A stretch of 52,801 nt of DNA from Actinomycetota bacterium (GCA_035550775.1 DASZOO010000115.1:1-52801); one strand, 5' to 3'; shown: positions 26,338 through 39,869, counted from the stretch's first letter. Program-made: numbers and translations. Notes: generated by a model from the sequence alone, not told the origin.

Positions 26338-27511
26338 CGTTCTTGCCTCCGGATCCCGGCTTCTTCGGTTTCCGCTGCGAGGAGCTCCCCTTCTTCGGCG
26401 TCGTGCCCTTCTTGGGCAGAGAGCCCTTCGAGGTAGAGCCTTTCGTCCCGGCCTCCCGGCGCTGCCGCTCGACCTCGGCTCGTTCCATCATCGAGGCCAT
26501 GATGCCCTTTTTCTGGGGCTTGTCGGCCTGGGCCGCCATCTTCGCCTTCTGTTCCGCCATGCGCTTCTCGAGGGCATCGGGCCCGATGTGGCCGGCACGG
26601 AGCAGCAGCGTCTGCTGCCCGATCATGAAGAGGTTGGAGACCGTCCAGTACAACACCAGGCCGGACGGGAAGCTGTAGCCGATGAATCCGAAGAACAGGG
26701 GCATGATCCGCAGGATCATCTGCTGCTGCCCGGACGCGGCCCCCTGGGGACTCGCCCGTTGCGTCTGCAGCGTCTGATAGAAGGACGTGGCGATCATCGC
26801 CCCGAGGAGCAGCACGTAGCCGATCTTCGACGTGATGCCGTCGGTGCCGCAGGGGAGCACCGGTTTCGAGGTGAACGAGTCGAGAGGCTCTCCGTCGTCG
26901 CCGACCAACTCCACCCCGGGTTCGACGACCTCCTTGTTGGTGTCCCGGATCGTGCTCTTGTCGACGTTGCCGGCCTGGTCTGCCGAGCACTGCAGGTTGA
27001 GCCCGACGAATCCGGTGCCCTCGTGCGTCACGACGCTGGCGAACAAGTCGCTCTCGACCGGGAGGTGGTTGTCCTTGATGTGGTAGGCCACGACGGGTGT
27101 TTCGGCGGTCGCGACCGCCCCCTGGGCATCGATCGGCTCGTAGGTCGGTGGCCTGATCACGGCGTACATCGCGATCAGGAGGGGGAACTGGGCGAGCACC
27201 GGGAGACACCCGCCAAGCGGATTGACGCCGGCCTCCTTGTAGAGGCGCATCGTCTCCTCCTGGGCCTTCTGCTTGTTCCCCCGGTACTTCTTCTGGATCT
27301 CCTTGATCTTCGGCTGAAGCGCCTGCATCGCCTGCATCGACTTGATCTGCTTCATGCCGAGCGGGAACAGCAGGAACCGCAGCACCAGCGTGAGGATGAT
27401 GATCGCTACCCCGTAGTTGGGGATGATGTCGTACAGCCAGGCCAGCACCCAGCCGATGGCATCGAGCAAGGCCTGGAAGACCGGCGAGATGATCGGGATC
27501 TCCGCCAGCAT
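26330..27511 (-). CDS. yidC: Membrane protein insertase YidC with Lys-rich C-terminal tail
   Basis: YGVAIIILTLVLRFLLFPL...MQALQPKIKEIQKKY, and a C-terminal basic tail. Confidence 0.9.
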   Translation of the reverse strand: MLAEIPIISPVFQALLDAIGWVLAWLYDIIPNYGVAIIILTLVLRFLLFPLGMKQIKSMQAMQALQPKIKEIQKKYRGNKQKAQEETMRLYKEAGVNPLGGCLPVLAQFPLLIAMYAVIRPPTYEPIDAQGAVATAETPVVAYHIKDNHLPVESDLFASVVTHEGTGFVGLNLQCSADQAGNVDKSTIRDTNKEVVEPGVELVGDDGEPLDSFTSKPVLPCGTDGITSKIGYVLLLGAMIATSFYQTLQTQRASPQGAASGQQQMILRIMPLFFGFIGYSFPSGLVLYWTVSNLFMIGQQTLLLRAGHIGPDALEKRMAEQKAKMAAQADKPQKKGIMASMMERAEVERQRREAGTKGSTSKGSLPKKGTTPKKGSSSQRKPKKPGSGGKNGV

Positions 27512-27832
27512 CTACACCCGCGCCTTCTGCGGTTCTTGTACGACAACATCATACGTCCGAGGGTTCCGAGGCACGGGCACCGGGTCGATGCCGCCGCGTC
27601 CGTAGGGGTTGCACCGCGCGACCCTCCATAGGGCGAGGCCCGAGCCCTTGATCGCCCCGTGCTCACGGATCGCGGTGGCCGCGTACGCCGAGCACGTGGG
27701 GGAGAACCGGCACTGCCCTCCGAGCCATCCGGACAGGAGGGCCTGGTAGACACGGATCGCGCCGAGCAACGCTGCACGAGCAGGCGTGCCGGCGATCCAA
27801 CCGATCTCGCGGACAGTCATCGTGTTCGGCAT
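27512..27832 (-). CDS. yidD: Membrane protein insertion efficiency factor YidD
   Basis: RVYQALLS...CRFSPTCSAYA...HGAIKG..LALWRVARCNP. An alternative start at 27820 gives an ATGA overlap with the rnpA stop. Confidence 0.85.
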   Translation of the reverse strand: MPNTMTVREIGWIAGTPARAALLGAIRVYQALLSGWLGGQCRFSPTCSAYAATAIREHGAIKGSGLALWRVARCNPYGRGGIDPVPVPRNPRTYDVVVQEPQKARV

Positions 27833-28122
27833 CCCCGCGGGAGCAGGTCGATCATCTCGTTCACCAGATCCTGTGTCTTGGCCCCCCGGATCGCCTCACG
27901 GGCCACGAGCACGGCGTCGAAATCCCCTGTGACCTGCGGCGACACCTGTCTCCAGGCCTCCCGCAGGATCCGTCTCGCCCGGTTCCGGTCGACGGCGCCG
28001 CCCACACGGCGTGTGGCCATGACCGCCCACTGACCGGAGCCCGGCGCGAGGAACAGTACCACCCGCCTTCCGTGACGCGAGTGGCCCTGATCGAGCACCC
28101 GGCGCACCTCGGGGGAGCGCAC
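27817..28122 (-). CDS. rnpA: Ribonuclease P protein component
   Basis: GTG start 14 nt after the rpmH stop. Basic protein with RRVGGAVDRNRARRILREA. Conserved rpmH-rnpA-yidD-yidC order. Confidence 0.8.
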   Translation of the reverse strand: MRSPEVRRVLDQGHSRHGRRVVLFLAPGSGQWAVMATRRVGGAVDRNRARRILREAWRQVSPQVTGDFDAVLVAREAIRGAKTQDLVNEMIDLLPRGCRTR

Positions 28123-28135
28123 TCGGCGCTCCCGA

Positions 28136-28279
28136 TCAGGCGGAGAGGCGGGCGCGGCCCTTGCGGCGTCGCGACGAGATGATCGCGCGGCCGGCTCGGG
28201 TGCGCATGCGCAGGCGGAAGCCGTGACGGCGCGCGCGTCGGCGGTTGTTCGGCTGATAGGTTCGCTTGCCCTTGGCCAT
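28136..28279 (-). CDS. rpmH: 50S ribosomal protein L34
   Basis: [34 protein letters not shown]. 47 aa. Internal ATG of the track ORF. Confidence 0.95.
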   Translation of the reverse strand: MAKGKRTYQPNNRRRARRHGFRLRMRTRAGRAIISSRRRKGRARLSA

Positions 28280-28389
28280 GCTCAGATGTGGTCCTTCGTG
28301 AGGGGATCGCGTGCGCGCCCCGTGGGAAAGGCGGGCGGATCGCCGGCCGCGACCGAGTATACGAGGCCGCATCGTCGCAGGACAAAGGC

Positions 28390-28413
28390 CTTGACACGAG
28401 AAAGAGTGTCAAG
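28390..28413. promoter_or_regulatory. Perfect inverted repeat CTTGACAC-N8-GTGTCAAG in the rpmH/dnaA divergent intergenic region
   Basis: Read directly. Each arm contains a TTGACA hexamer facing outward. Candidate operator or pair of -35 elements. Confidence 0.4.
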
Positions 28414-28524
28414 ACCCCCACGGCGACGGGTAGCCGTCGAGAACCGTGTGCTAACGTGCGGCCCGCCTTCCCCCCGGCGATCCGGGCCGTCACACGGTGC
28501 GGCGCCACGACCACCTTCCCGTTG

Positions 28525-28557
28525 TTTTCCACCCATGTGGAAAGGTGCTGTGGAATC
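28525..28557. promoter_or_regulatory. Cluster of three DnaA-box-like 9-mers just upstream of the dnaA start
   Basis: TTTTCCACC (28525-28533), TGTGGAAAG (28536-28544) and TGTGGAATC (28549-28557). The first two form TTTCCAC-N4-GTGGAAA. Confidence 0.6.
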
Positions 28558-28561
28558 CGAC

Positions 28562-29998
28562 ATGGCGGTAGCGTCCCCTGAACACGCGGCCCGGGACGCG
28601 TGGGCTCACGTGCTCGATCAGGCGCGCGAAGAACTCCCCGAGACCACCGTGGTCATGTGGTTCGCCGACGTGCGTCCGGTCGGCTTGGCCCGGAACTCGA
28701 TCTCCCTGGCGGTTCCGAGCTTGCTCGTCCGGGAACGGCTGCAGCACAATCATCTTGCACTCATCGAGCGGGCGGCCGAGGAAGCGGTCGGTCGCCCCTT
28801 GAAGGTCGAGCTCTCGGTCGACGAGGCGTTGCGGGAGCATCAACCGTCCGCTCCCGACGCGCTGCGGCGAGACATCGATCCGGGGTCCGGGGTCACGCCC
28901 GCGGGCACTCCGGCCGCAGCTCCGCATTCGGCGGCGAGCGGTCCCGCCTCGGGAGCCCCCATGTTGCCGTTCCCCAACTACACCTTCGATGCCTTCGTGC
29001 CGGGCCCGAGCAACCGGTTCGCGCACGCGGCCGCGATGGCGGTCGCCGAGGCGCCGCCCTCGACCGCGTACAACCCGTTGTTCATCTACGGCGGGGTGGG
29101 GCTCGGCAAGACCCACCTGCTGATCGCGGTCGGCCACCACATGTACCGCCTCGCACCCGCTCTGCGCGTGAAGTACGTCACCTCCGAGCAGTTCGTGACC
29201 GAGTTCATCAAGGCGGTGCGTGAACGGCAGGGCGGAGACAGCTTCCGGCAGCGGTATCGCGAGGTCGACGTGCTGCTCGTCGACGATATCCAGTTCCTCG
29301 CCAAGCGCGAGGAGACGCAGACGGAGTTCTTCCACACGTTCAACCACCTCCACGGGGCCGGCAAACAGATCGTGATCGCCTCGGATCGCCCGCCGCATGA
29401 GCTCTCCGGCCTCGAGGAACGGCTCGTGAATCGCTTCCGGTGGGGGCTCTGCGTCGACGTGCAGCCGCCCGACCTGGAAACACGGATCGCCATCCTGCAG
29501 CTGAAGGCGGAACGGGAGCGGATCACGGTGCCCCCGGAGGTCATCGAGTTCGTGGCGTCGAAGTTCGACCAGTCTGTCCGCGAGCTCGAGGGCGCGCTCG
29601 TGCGCGTGGCCGCGTGGAGCGAGCTCACCGGTCAGCCGATCGAGGTCTCGCTCGCCGAGCGCGCCCTCGAGGACCTGATCCCCCAGACCCAGAACGAGAT
29701 CCCGCCTCCGCTGATCCTCGACGAGACCGCGAAGTACTTCTCGCTGTCGTCGGCCGACCTCATGTCGAAGTCCCGGTCGCGCCCGCTGACGCAGGCCCGC
29801 CACATCGCGATGTACCTCACGCGTGAATGCACGGGGCTGTCCCTGCTGAAGATCGGCGAGATCTTCGGCGGCCGCGACCACACGACGGTGCTGCACGGCA
29901 TCCGCAAGGTCGAGGACGAGATGCGGGCTCGCGACGCGACGTTCCGCCAGGTGCAAGACCTCACACGGATCATCCGTGGGCGGGTGCGGGCCGCGTGA
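28562..29998 (+). CDS. dnaA: Chromosomal replication initiator protein DnaA
   Basis: Walker A GGVGLGKTHLL, DDIQFL, and C-terminal DNA-binding signature (ARHIAMYLTRE...DHTTVLH). ATG at M114 of the track ORF. Confidence 0.95.
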   Translation: MAVASPEHAARDAWAHVLDQAREELPETTVVMWFADVRPVGLARNSISLAVPSLLVRERLQHNHLALIERAAEEAVGRPLKVELSVDEALREHQPSAPDALRRDIDPGSGVTPAGTPAAAPHSAASGPASGAPMLPFPNYTFDAFVPGPSNRFAHAAAMAVAEAPPSTAYNPLFIYGGVGLGKTHLLIAVGHHMYRLAPALRVKYVTSEQFVTEFIKAVRERQGGDSFRQRYREVDVLLVDDIQFLAKREETQTEFFHTFNHLHGAGKQIVIASDRPPHELSGLEERLVNRFRWGLCVDVQPPDLETRIAILQLKAERERITVPPEVIEFVASKFDQSVRELEGALVRVAAWSELTGQPIEVSLAERALEDLIPQTQNEIPPPLILDETAKYFSLSSADLMSKSRSRPLTQARHIAMYLTRECTGLSLLKIGEIFGGRDHTTVLHGIRKVEDEMRARDATFRQVQDLTRIIRGRVRAA

Positions 29999-30226
29999 GG
30001 ATCGCTCGGCGGTCTCCCGCGGTGCACGATGGTGTGGACTACGTCGTGCCTTCGGTGGGAACCCGGACTTCGTTCGGGACGCCGGCAGCCGCCGGCACGT
30101 TTTCCCCACTCGTTTCCCACATGTCGGACAGCCTGATTACGCTGGGGCGACAGAGGGTCTTTCCACGTTTCCACAGCACCTACTACTGCAGTAGTCCTTC
30201 TTTCTCTCTAACAACGGAAGCAGGGG
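29999..30226. other. oriC: Candidate oriC core (dnaA-dnaN intergenic region: DnaA boxes plus a locally AT-richer stretch)
   Basis: Boxes: TGTGGACTA (30033-30041), TTTCCCACA (30113-30121), CTTTCCACG (30159-30167), GTTTCCACA (30167-30175). These are followed by cacctactactgcagtagtccttctttctctctaacaac. Confidence 0.6.
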
Positions 30227-30235
30227 GTGGACCGA

Positions 30236-31339
30236 GTGAAGTTCCGGTGTGACCGCGACGCGCTGTCTGAGGCGCTGCAGACCGTCCAGCGCGGCGTCTC
30301 CTCGAGACCCGGCATCCCTGCGCTCACGGGCGTGCTGATCGAGGCGACCGACGACGGGCGACTCACGTTCACCACGACCGACCTCGAGGTCTCGGCACGC
30401 CTGGCCACCGAAGCCCACGTCAGCGAGGCCGGCGTCGCCCTCGTGCCCGCCCGGCTGCTCGGCGACACGGTGAAGTCGCTGTCCGATGCTCCGGTCGACG
30501 TCGATGCCGATCAGTCGCAGGCTCACATCAGATGCGCGGCGTACGAGGGCACGCTGCGGCTGCTGCCCGCCGAGGACTTCCCCGGTCTCCAGGAACCGAG
30601 CGGCACGAGGATCACGGCCGAGGCGGGCGCGTTCGCCGAGGCGGTGCACCAGGTCGCACGAGGCGCGTCGCGCGACGAGGCGCGCCCCGTTCTCACCGGC
30701 GTGCTGATCGAGGTGAGCAGGGAAGGCGTCGTGATGGTCGCGACCGACTCCTACCGCCTCGCGGTGCGGGAGCTCGTTGCCTCGGCCGACGGCGAGGGCA
30801 AGGCCATCGTGCCGGAGCGTGCGCTCAGCGAGGCAGGGCGCAGCGCAGCCGCCGACGAGAAGGCCACGATCGAGGTCCTCGTCGACGAGTCGCAGGTGGC
30901 GTTCCGCATCGGCGAGCTCACGCTCACCTCGCGGTTGATCGAGGGAGAGTTCCCGAACTACCGCCAGCTCCTGCCCGACCAGCACGAGAGCCGGCTCACG
31001 ATCAGCCGCCAGCAGCTGCTCGACGCGGTCAGCCGGGTCGGGCTGATGGCGCGCGACACGACGCCGGTACGGCTGGAGTTCAACGCGCTGGGCGTCAAGC
31101 TGTCGTCGTCGAGCCCCGACCTGGGGCAGGCGATCGAGACGGTCGAAGCACGGTACGAGGGCGACGACCTCACGGTGGCGTTCAACCCCCAGTACCTCGC
31201 CGACGGTCTGCGGGCCGCCACGGGTGAGAGCGTGAGGCTCGACGTCCGCGACGGATTGAAACCCGGTGTGGTGCGGGGCGAGAACGACGAGTTCACCTAC
31301 CTCGTGATGCCCGTGCGACTCCCGGCCGCGGTCTCCTGA
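30236..31339 (+). CDS. dnaN: DNA polymerase III beta sliding clamp
   Basis: VKFRCDRDALSEAL...PALTGVLIE. GTG at 30236 (alternative GTG at 30227). Confidence 0.95.
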   Translation: MKFRCDRDALSEALQTVQRGVSSRPGIPALTGVLIEATDDGRLTFTTTDLEVSARLATEAHVSEAGVALVPARLLGDTVKSLSDAPVDVDADQSQAHIRCAAYEGTLRLLPAEDFPGLQEPSGTRITAEAGAFAEAVHQVARGASRDEARPVLTGVLIEVSREGVVMVATDSYRLAVRELVASADGEGKAIVPERALSEAGRSAAADEKATIEVLVDESQVAFRIGELTLTSRLIEGEFPNYRQLLPDQHESRLTISRQQLLDAVSRVGLMARDTTPVRLEFNALGVKLSSSSPDLGQAIETVEARYEGDDLTVAFNPQYLADGLRAATGESVRLDVRDGLKPGVVRGENDEFTYLVMPVRLPAAVS

Positions 31340-31369
31340 CCCGACGATCGCGGGCTCCCCACTCCTGCG

Positions 31370-32467
31370 ATGCGTCTCGGCTGGGTCGAGCTGCGGTCGT
31401 TCCGCAACCATCGCCATACACGCATCGACGCGATCCCCGACGGGCTCACGGTCGTCGTGGGTCCCAACGGCGAGGGCAAGACGAACCTGCTCGAGGGCAT
31501 GTACGTGCTCTACGCGCTCGGCTCGCCCAGGGTCTCGGCGAACCCGGCGCTGGTGCAGGAGGGTCAGGAAGCGGCCTACGCTCGGGGGGAGTTCGAGTCC
31601 ACGGGCGGGAAGGTGCTGGTCGAGGTCGAGATCCCCGCGAAAGGGGCGAGCCGCGTGAAGGTGAACCGCTCGCCGATCCGGCGCAAGCGTGACCTGCGCC
31701 GGCAGGTGCGCGCGGTGTTGTTCGGTCCGTTCGACCTGCCGGTCGTGATCGGCGATCCGTCCAAACGCCGGACCTTCCTGGACGAGGCCGTGACGGCGTT
31801 GTGGCCGCTGAAGGAAGCGCTGATGTCCGCCTACGATCGAGCGCTGCGCCAGCGGAACCGGCTGCTGAAGGAATGGGACCGTCCAGGCCCGCCCACGGGC
31901 ATCGAGGCCTGGGACGAGGAGCTCATCGAAGCGGGCGCTGCGGTGGTGCGGGCACGCCATGACGCCGTCGAACGGCTCGCGCCGCACGCGGCCCGGGAGT
32001 TCGCCGGCCTCGCGGACTACGAGCTGCTCGTCCGATATCGGCCCAACGTCTGGGATGCTGACGACCTCGAGGGAGCGTTCGCCGCTCGGCTGGCCGAACG
32101 TCGTGCGGACGAGCTGGCGCGCCGGAGCTCGCTCGTCGGGCCGCACCGCGACGATCTCACGTTGGACGTGCGAGACCTCGGAGCTCGCTCCGCCGGGTCG
32201 CATGGGGAGACGTGGGCCACGGCGCTCTGCCTGCGTACCGGTCTCGCCTCGGCTGTGGCCGACGAGCTCGGTGAGCCGCCGGTCCTGCTCGTCGACGACC
32301 CGTTCAGCGCGCTCGACCCGGCCCGTCGCGATCGGTTCCTAGGGCGGCTCGCGGAGCGGGAAGGCCAGGTGATCGTCACGGTGGCCGACGAGGCAGACGT
32401 GCCGACGCATCCCGCGGCCGTCTGGGACGTGCGGGCAGGCGCCGTCGTCCCTCGGAGCGCGGCGTGA
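31370..32467 (+). CDS. recF: DNA replication and repair protein RecF
   Basis: Walker A GPNGEGKTNLLE; signature SHGETWATALCL; LLVDDPFSALD. Confidence 0.95.
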   Translation: MRLGWVELRSFRNHRHTRIDAIPDGLTVVVGPNGEGKTNLLEGMYVLYALGSPRVSANPALVQEGQEAAYARGEFESTGGKVLVEVEIPAKGASRVKVNRSPIRRKRDLRRQVRAVLFGPFDLPVVIGDPSKRRTFLDEAVTALWPLKEALMSAYDRALRQRNRLLKEWDRPGPPTGIEAWDEELIEAGAAVVRARHDAVERLAPHAAREFAGLADYELLVRYRPNVWDADDLEGAFAARLAERRADELARRSSLVGPHRDDLTLDVRDLGARSAGSHGETWATALCLRTGLASAVADELGEPPVLLVDDPFSALDPARRDRFLGRLAEREGQVIVTVADEADVPTHPAAVWDVRAGAVVPRSAA

Positions 32468-32486
32468 CCAGGTCGGCCGTGGGGGC

Positions 32487-32834
32487 GTGGTGATGCCCGA
32501 CGCGAAGGGTTTCCAGGGGCGCCGCCGGCCTCGGTCCGACGATGCGGTCGCGCTGGGCACGATCGTCGAGGGGTTGCTGCGTGAGGAGGTGTTCAGCAGG
32601 GGGATGCCGATCGCGACGCTCGCCTCGCGGTGGCCCGAGATCGTCGGACAGCGCTTGGCCGCCGAGACCGCACCGGTGTCCCTGGACGAGGGCGTCCTGA
32701 CCGTGGAGGTGTCCACCGGCGCGTGGGGTGCGCAGGCCCGGTTCCTGCACGAGGAGATCCGCAGGAAGGCCGACGAGTCGCTGGGGGGCGAGCAGGTCCG
32801 CCGGGTCCGGTTCACCGTGAGAAATCCCAGGTAG
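32487..32834 (+). CDS. DUF721 protein (DciA-like, Rv0004 position)
   Basis: Small basic protein between recF and gyrB. WPEIVGQRLAAETAPVSLDEGVLTVEV is typical of DUF721. Confidence 0.8.
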   Translation: MVMPDAKGFQGRRRPRSDDAVALGTIVEGLLREEVFSRGMPIATLASRWPEIVGQRLAAETAPVSLDEGVLTVEVSTGAWGAQARFLHEEIRRKADESLGGEQVRRVRFTVRNPR

Positions 32835-34937
<2,103 letters not shown>

Positions 34938-34962
34938 TGATCTCGCAAGGAGCTGACACCCC

Positions 34963-37409
<2,447 letters not shown>

Positions 37410-37410
<1 letters not shown>

Positions 37411-37433
37411 GGCGGGGCCGCAACCTCCCGCCC
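37410..37433. terminator. GC-rich hairpin between convergent gyrA and the M23 peptidase gene
   Basis: GGGCGGG-N10-CCCGCCC immediately after the gyrA stop. No clear U-tract. Confidence 0.4.
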
Positions 37434-37451
37434 GTCCTCGAGGTGCCTCGC

Positions 37452-38240
37452 TCAGCAGACGGCGGCGAGGTACAGGAACGGATCGACCGCCTCGCCGTCG
37501 CCGGGGTGCCACTCGAAGTGGAGGTGCGGACCCGTGGCGTTCCCGGTGCTCCCGACGTATCCGATCACGTCGCCGACGTTCACGGCGCCGAGCTTGCCGT
37601 AGGCGGACAGGTGCGCGTTGTACGTGTGCCCGCCCGCGCCGTAGAGCTCGACGGCCATGCCGCCTTCGTCGCTCGGGTTCGCCACGGCGTCGCCGTCGAA
37701 CGTCGCCACGATCGGCACGCCGGTCGCGGCGCCCATGTCCACCCCCTGGTGCACGTGACTGCCGTCCTTGCCGTGGTCGTGCCAGATGCCGAAGTTGTCG
37801 TTCACGGTCACCGAGCCGTCTACCGGGCACCGCTGCAACGGGAGCGAGTTGATCCATTCCGTCACGTCGGCGCGCTTGGCGCGGAGCTCGTGGACTCGCT
37901 TGCGGATCGTCTTGATCAGGGCACGCTCCTCGGCGCGCAGGTCGGCCAAGCGCTCGAGTTGGTGCTGGCGGTACTCCTGTGCCCGCTCACGGCTGTTCGC
38001 TCTCGCGGAGCCGGTCGACTTCTTGAGCCGGGCCTTCGTGTAGCGGATGCGCTGATGCAGCTGGATCCGGCGGACGCGACGGGTCTCCTGCAGCTCCTGG
38101 ATGCGGCCCTGGATGTCGCGCTTCTGGTGCAGCGCGGCTTTGACGGACGATTCCGCGTTGGCGGCCGCCATCAAGCCCGCCAACAACAGGCTCCCCACCA
38201 CCACGATCGCCAGCACTCGTCGCGTCGTTCGACTCCGCAT
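37452..38240 (-). CDS. M23 (LytM-domain) metallopeptidase with signal/anchor and coiled-coil N-terminal half
   Basis: HQGVDMGA (HxxxD) and GPHLHFEWH (HxH). N-terminal hydrophobic segment. Confidence 0.85.
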   Translation of the reverse strand: MRSRTTRRVLAIVVVGSLLLAGLMAAANAESSVKAALHQKRDIQGRIQELQETRRVRRIQLHQRIRYTKARLKKSTGSARANSRERAQEYRQHQLERLADLRAEERALIKTIRKRVHELRAKRADVTEWINSLPLQRCPVDGSVTVNDNFGIWHDHGKDGSHVHQGVDMGAATGVPIVATFDGDAVANPSDEGGMAVELYGAGGHTYNAHLSAYGKLGAVNVGDVIGYVGSTGNATGPHLHFEWHPGDGEAVDPFLYLAAVC

Positions 38241-38354
38241 CGTCCCGTCTCCCTACTTCGCTCGTTGTCCGACAGATGCCCTGCAGCGGTATCGGCAGGA
38301 AGGGGGGCGGCGCTTGAGTAGAAGGGGTGGGTACTACGTAGTCATCCCTGGCCG

Positions 38355-38648
38355 GTGTCGCCAGGGGCTACGTACGGGATGATCTCTCCGGTGGCGTGGG
38401 GAGCGATCACGATCGTCGTGGCCGGCGGCGCATTCGTCGCCGGCCTGGTCGGCTTGCGGACGGGTCGATCGCCCACGCCCTGGTCCGCCGTGCTCGCACT
38501 GGCGGGCGCCGGGCTGGCGGCCGGCGCGCTCCTGGTCCAGGACGATCCTGGAGCTGCCTCGTGGTTCATCGCCCTGCCGGTGGGCGCGGCGCTCTCGGTG
38601 GCTCACGGCAGGGCCTTGTTCTCCGCGGGGGGACCGTTCCGGACATGA
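38355..38648 (+). CDS. Small hypothetical membrane protein (about 3 TM segments)
   Basis: High GC3 in this frame and hydrophobic segments. Start could be M9 at 38379. No recognisable family. Confidence 0.45.
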   Translation: MSPGATYGMISPVAWGAITIVVAGGAFVAGLVGLRTGRSPTPWSAVLALAGAGLAAGALLVQDDPGAASWFIALPVGAALSVAHGRALFSAGGPFRT

Positions 38649-38684
38649 CGGTGCGGGTACTTGCCTCGGCGAGGGCGTACCCTT

Positions 38685-39371
38685 ATGACCCCGATCGAGG
38701 AGTTGGTACAGACGGTCGAACAACCCGATGCCAGTGAGCCGCTCTCGCCGCGCGACGGCGACGAGGCGAGCCGTGCACGTCAGCCGCACGTGGTGACAGC
38801 CGTCGGTGATCCGGCGCCTGCCTCGTCACCGACGCCGGCTCCGTCTCCGGCGCCATCTGCACCGACACCCGCCCCGGCGCCTACTGCACCCGCGCCCGCC
38901 CCGGGACAGATCTCGAACGTGGCCACGCCCGAGCGCCCCACCGGCGCCGCCCGCGCGCCGCGGACGGTTCGCCCACCGCGCATCCGCTCGGGCCCGCGCC
39001 GCACGCGTGTCATCGTCCGCAAGCTCGGGCCCCTGTCGGTGCTGAAGTTCTCGCTCCTGTTCTATCTGTGCCTGATGCTGATCGTGCTCTTCGCGATGGT
39101 GATCGTGTACGGCGTCCTGTCGGCGGCCGGAGCGATCGAGTCGCTCGAGACGGTGCTCGGATACGTGTTCGGCACAGGTACGACCTCGACCGGTGGCGCC
39201 GAGCCGATCGAGATCGACGGTGGCGCCGTGTTCGTGTGGAGCTTCTTCGGCGGGCTGGTGCTCGTGGTCGTCTGGTCGGTGATCAACGTGTTCGTGGCGA
39301 TGCTGTACAACCTGATCAGCGACATCATCGGGGGGGTCGAGGTCACGCTCGCCGAGCGTCCTCAGGGTTGA
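38685..39371 (+). CDS. DUF3566 transmembrane protein (Rv0007 position downstream of gyrA)
   Basis: Pro/Ala-rich N-terminus, then RKLGPLSVLKFSLLFYLCLMLIV...LYNLISDIIGGVEVTLAE. ATG at 38685 has a GAGGG Shine-Dalgarno; the track start is TTG at 38661. Confidence 0.75.
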   Translation: MTPIEELVQTVEQPDASEPLSPRDGDEASRARQPHVVTAVGDPAPASSPTPAPSPAPSAPTPAPAPTAPAPAPGQISNVATPERPTGAARAPRTVRPPRIRSGPRRTRVIVRKLGPLSVLKFSLLFYLCLMLIVLFAMVIVYGVLSAAGAIESLETVLGYVFGTGTTSTGGAEPIEIDGGAVFVWSFFGGLVLVVVWSVINVFVAMLYNLISDIIGGVEVTLAERPQG

Positions 39372-39476
39372 CTCCCACGTTTGACACGCGTTTCGGGCCC
39401 TGGCTACGCTGCCGTACGGGCTGTCCGGCCCCGAAGAGGGGCCTCACGCAGCGGAGCGGTAGGTCCCAAGGAAGAG

Positions 39477-39551
39477 GGGCCTGTAGCTCAGCCCGGTTAG
39501 AGCGCTTCCCTGATAAGGAAGAGGTCGATGGTTCAAGTCCATCCAGGCCCA
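39477..39551 (+). tRNA. ileT: tRNA-Ile (anticodon GAT), no encoded CCA
   Basis: Cloverleaf folded by hand: acceptor GGGCCTG/CAGGCCC, D arm GCTC..GAGC, anticodon stem CTTCC/GGAAG with loop CTGATAA, T arm GATGG-TTCAAGT-CCATC, discriminator A. Confidence 0.95.
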
Positions 39552-39572
39552 CTCCCGGAAGGAGGGCTTCCC

Positions 39573-39764
39573 ATGGCAGACGAGGCCACCGTGACGGTCG
39601 AGGCCGTCGAGGAGAAGAAGAAGGGCGGATTCTTGAAGAAGCTGATGAAGATCGCCGTGATCGGCGCCATCGTCGCCGCGATCGTGGCGTTCGTGAAGCG
39701 CCGCCGGGGCGATGACCTCGACGACGTCGAATGGCAGGAGTTGCCGCCCCCCGCAGGCGGCTGA
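39573..39764 (+). CDS. Small single-TM protein (63 aa; possibly DLW-39-like)
   Basis: Strong Shine-Dalgarno GGAAGGAGGG, high GC3, KK-flanked TM segment IAVIGAIVAAIVAFV, acidic tail DDLDDVEWQEL. The track start at 39528 would overlap the tRNA. Confidence 0.6.
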   Translation: MADEATVTVEAVEEKKKGGFLKKLMKIAVIGAIVAAIVAFVKRRRGDDLDDVEWQELPPPAGG

Positions 39765-39777
39765 TCGATACCGCAAC

Positions 39778-39798
39778 ACGTCGGGCGAAGCCCGACGT
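39778..39798 (+). terminator. Perfect 9-bp stem / GAA loop hairpin after the small ORF
   Basis: ACGTCGGGC-GAA-GCCCGACGT, 14 nt after the stop. No U-tract. Confidence 0.45.
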
Positions 39799-39869
39799 CG
39801 ATCCCCGGAAGGCCCGTCGTCAGGCGGGTCTTCCCGTCGCTTGGGGCAGCCCGCGTCGCGCGGTCGGGA

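Noticed and set aside
26105-27631. 508-aa plus-strand ORF opposite jag/yidC/yidD
   Set aside because: It is antisense to yidC, which has clear insertase motifs. The product is His/Arg/Asp/Leu-rich with no family resemblance.
28223-28561. N-terminal extension of DnaA from the track ATG at 28223 (and ATG at 28535)
   Set aside because: It would run through the rpmH coding region and promoter region and across the DnaA boxes. The conserved DnaA domain I begins just after the ATG at 28562.
39528-39572. Track start (ATG 39528) of the small ORF overlapping tRNA-Ile
   Set aside because: It would place a start codon inside the tRNA T-arm. An internal ATG at 39573 with a strong GGAAGGAGGG Shine-Dalgarno is far more plausible.
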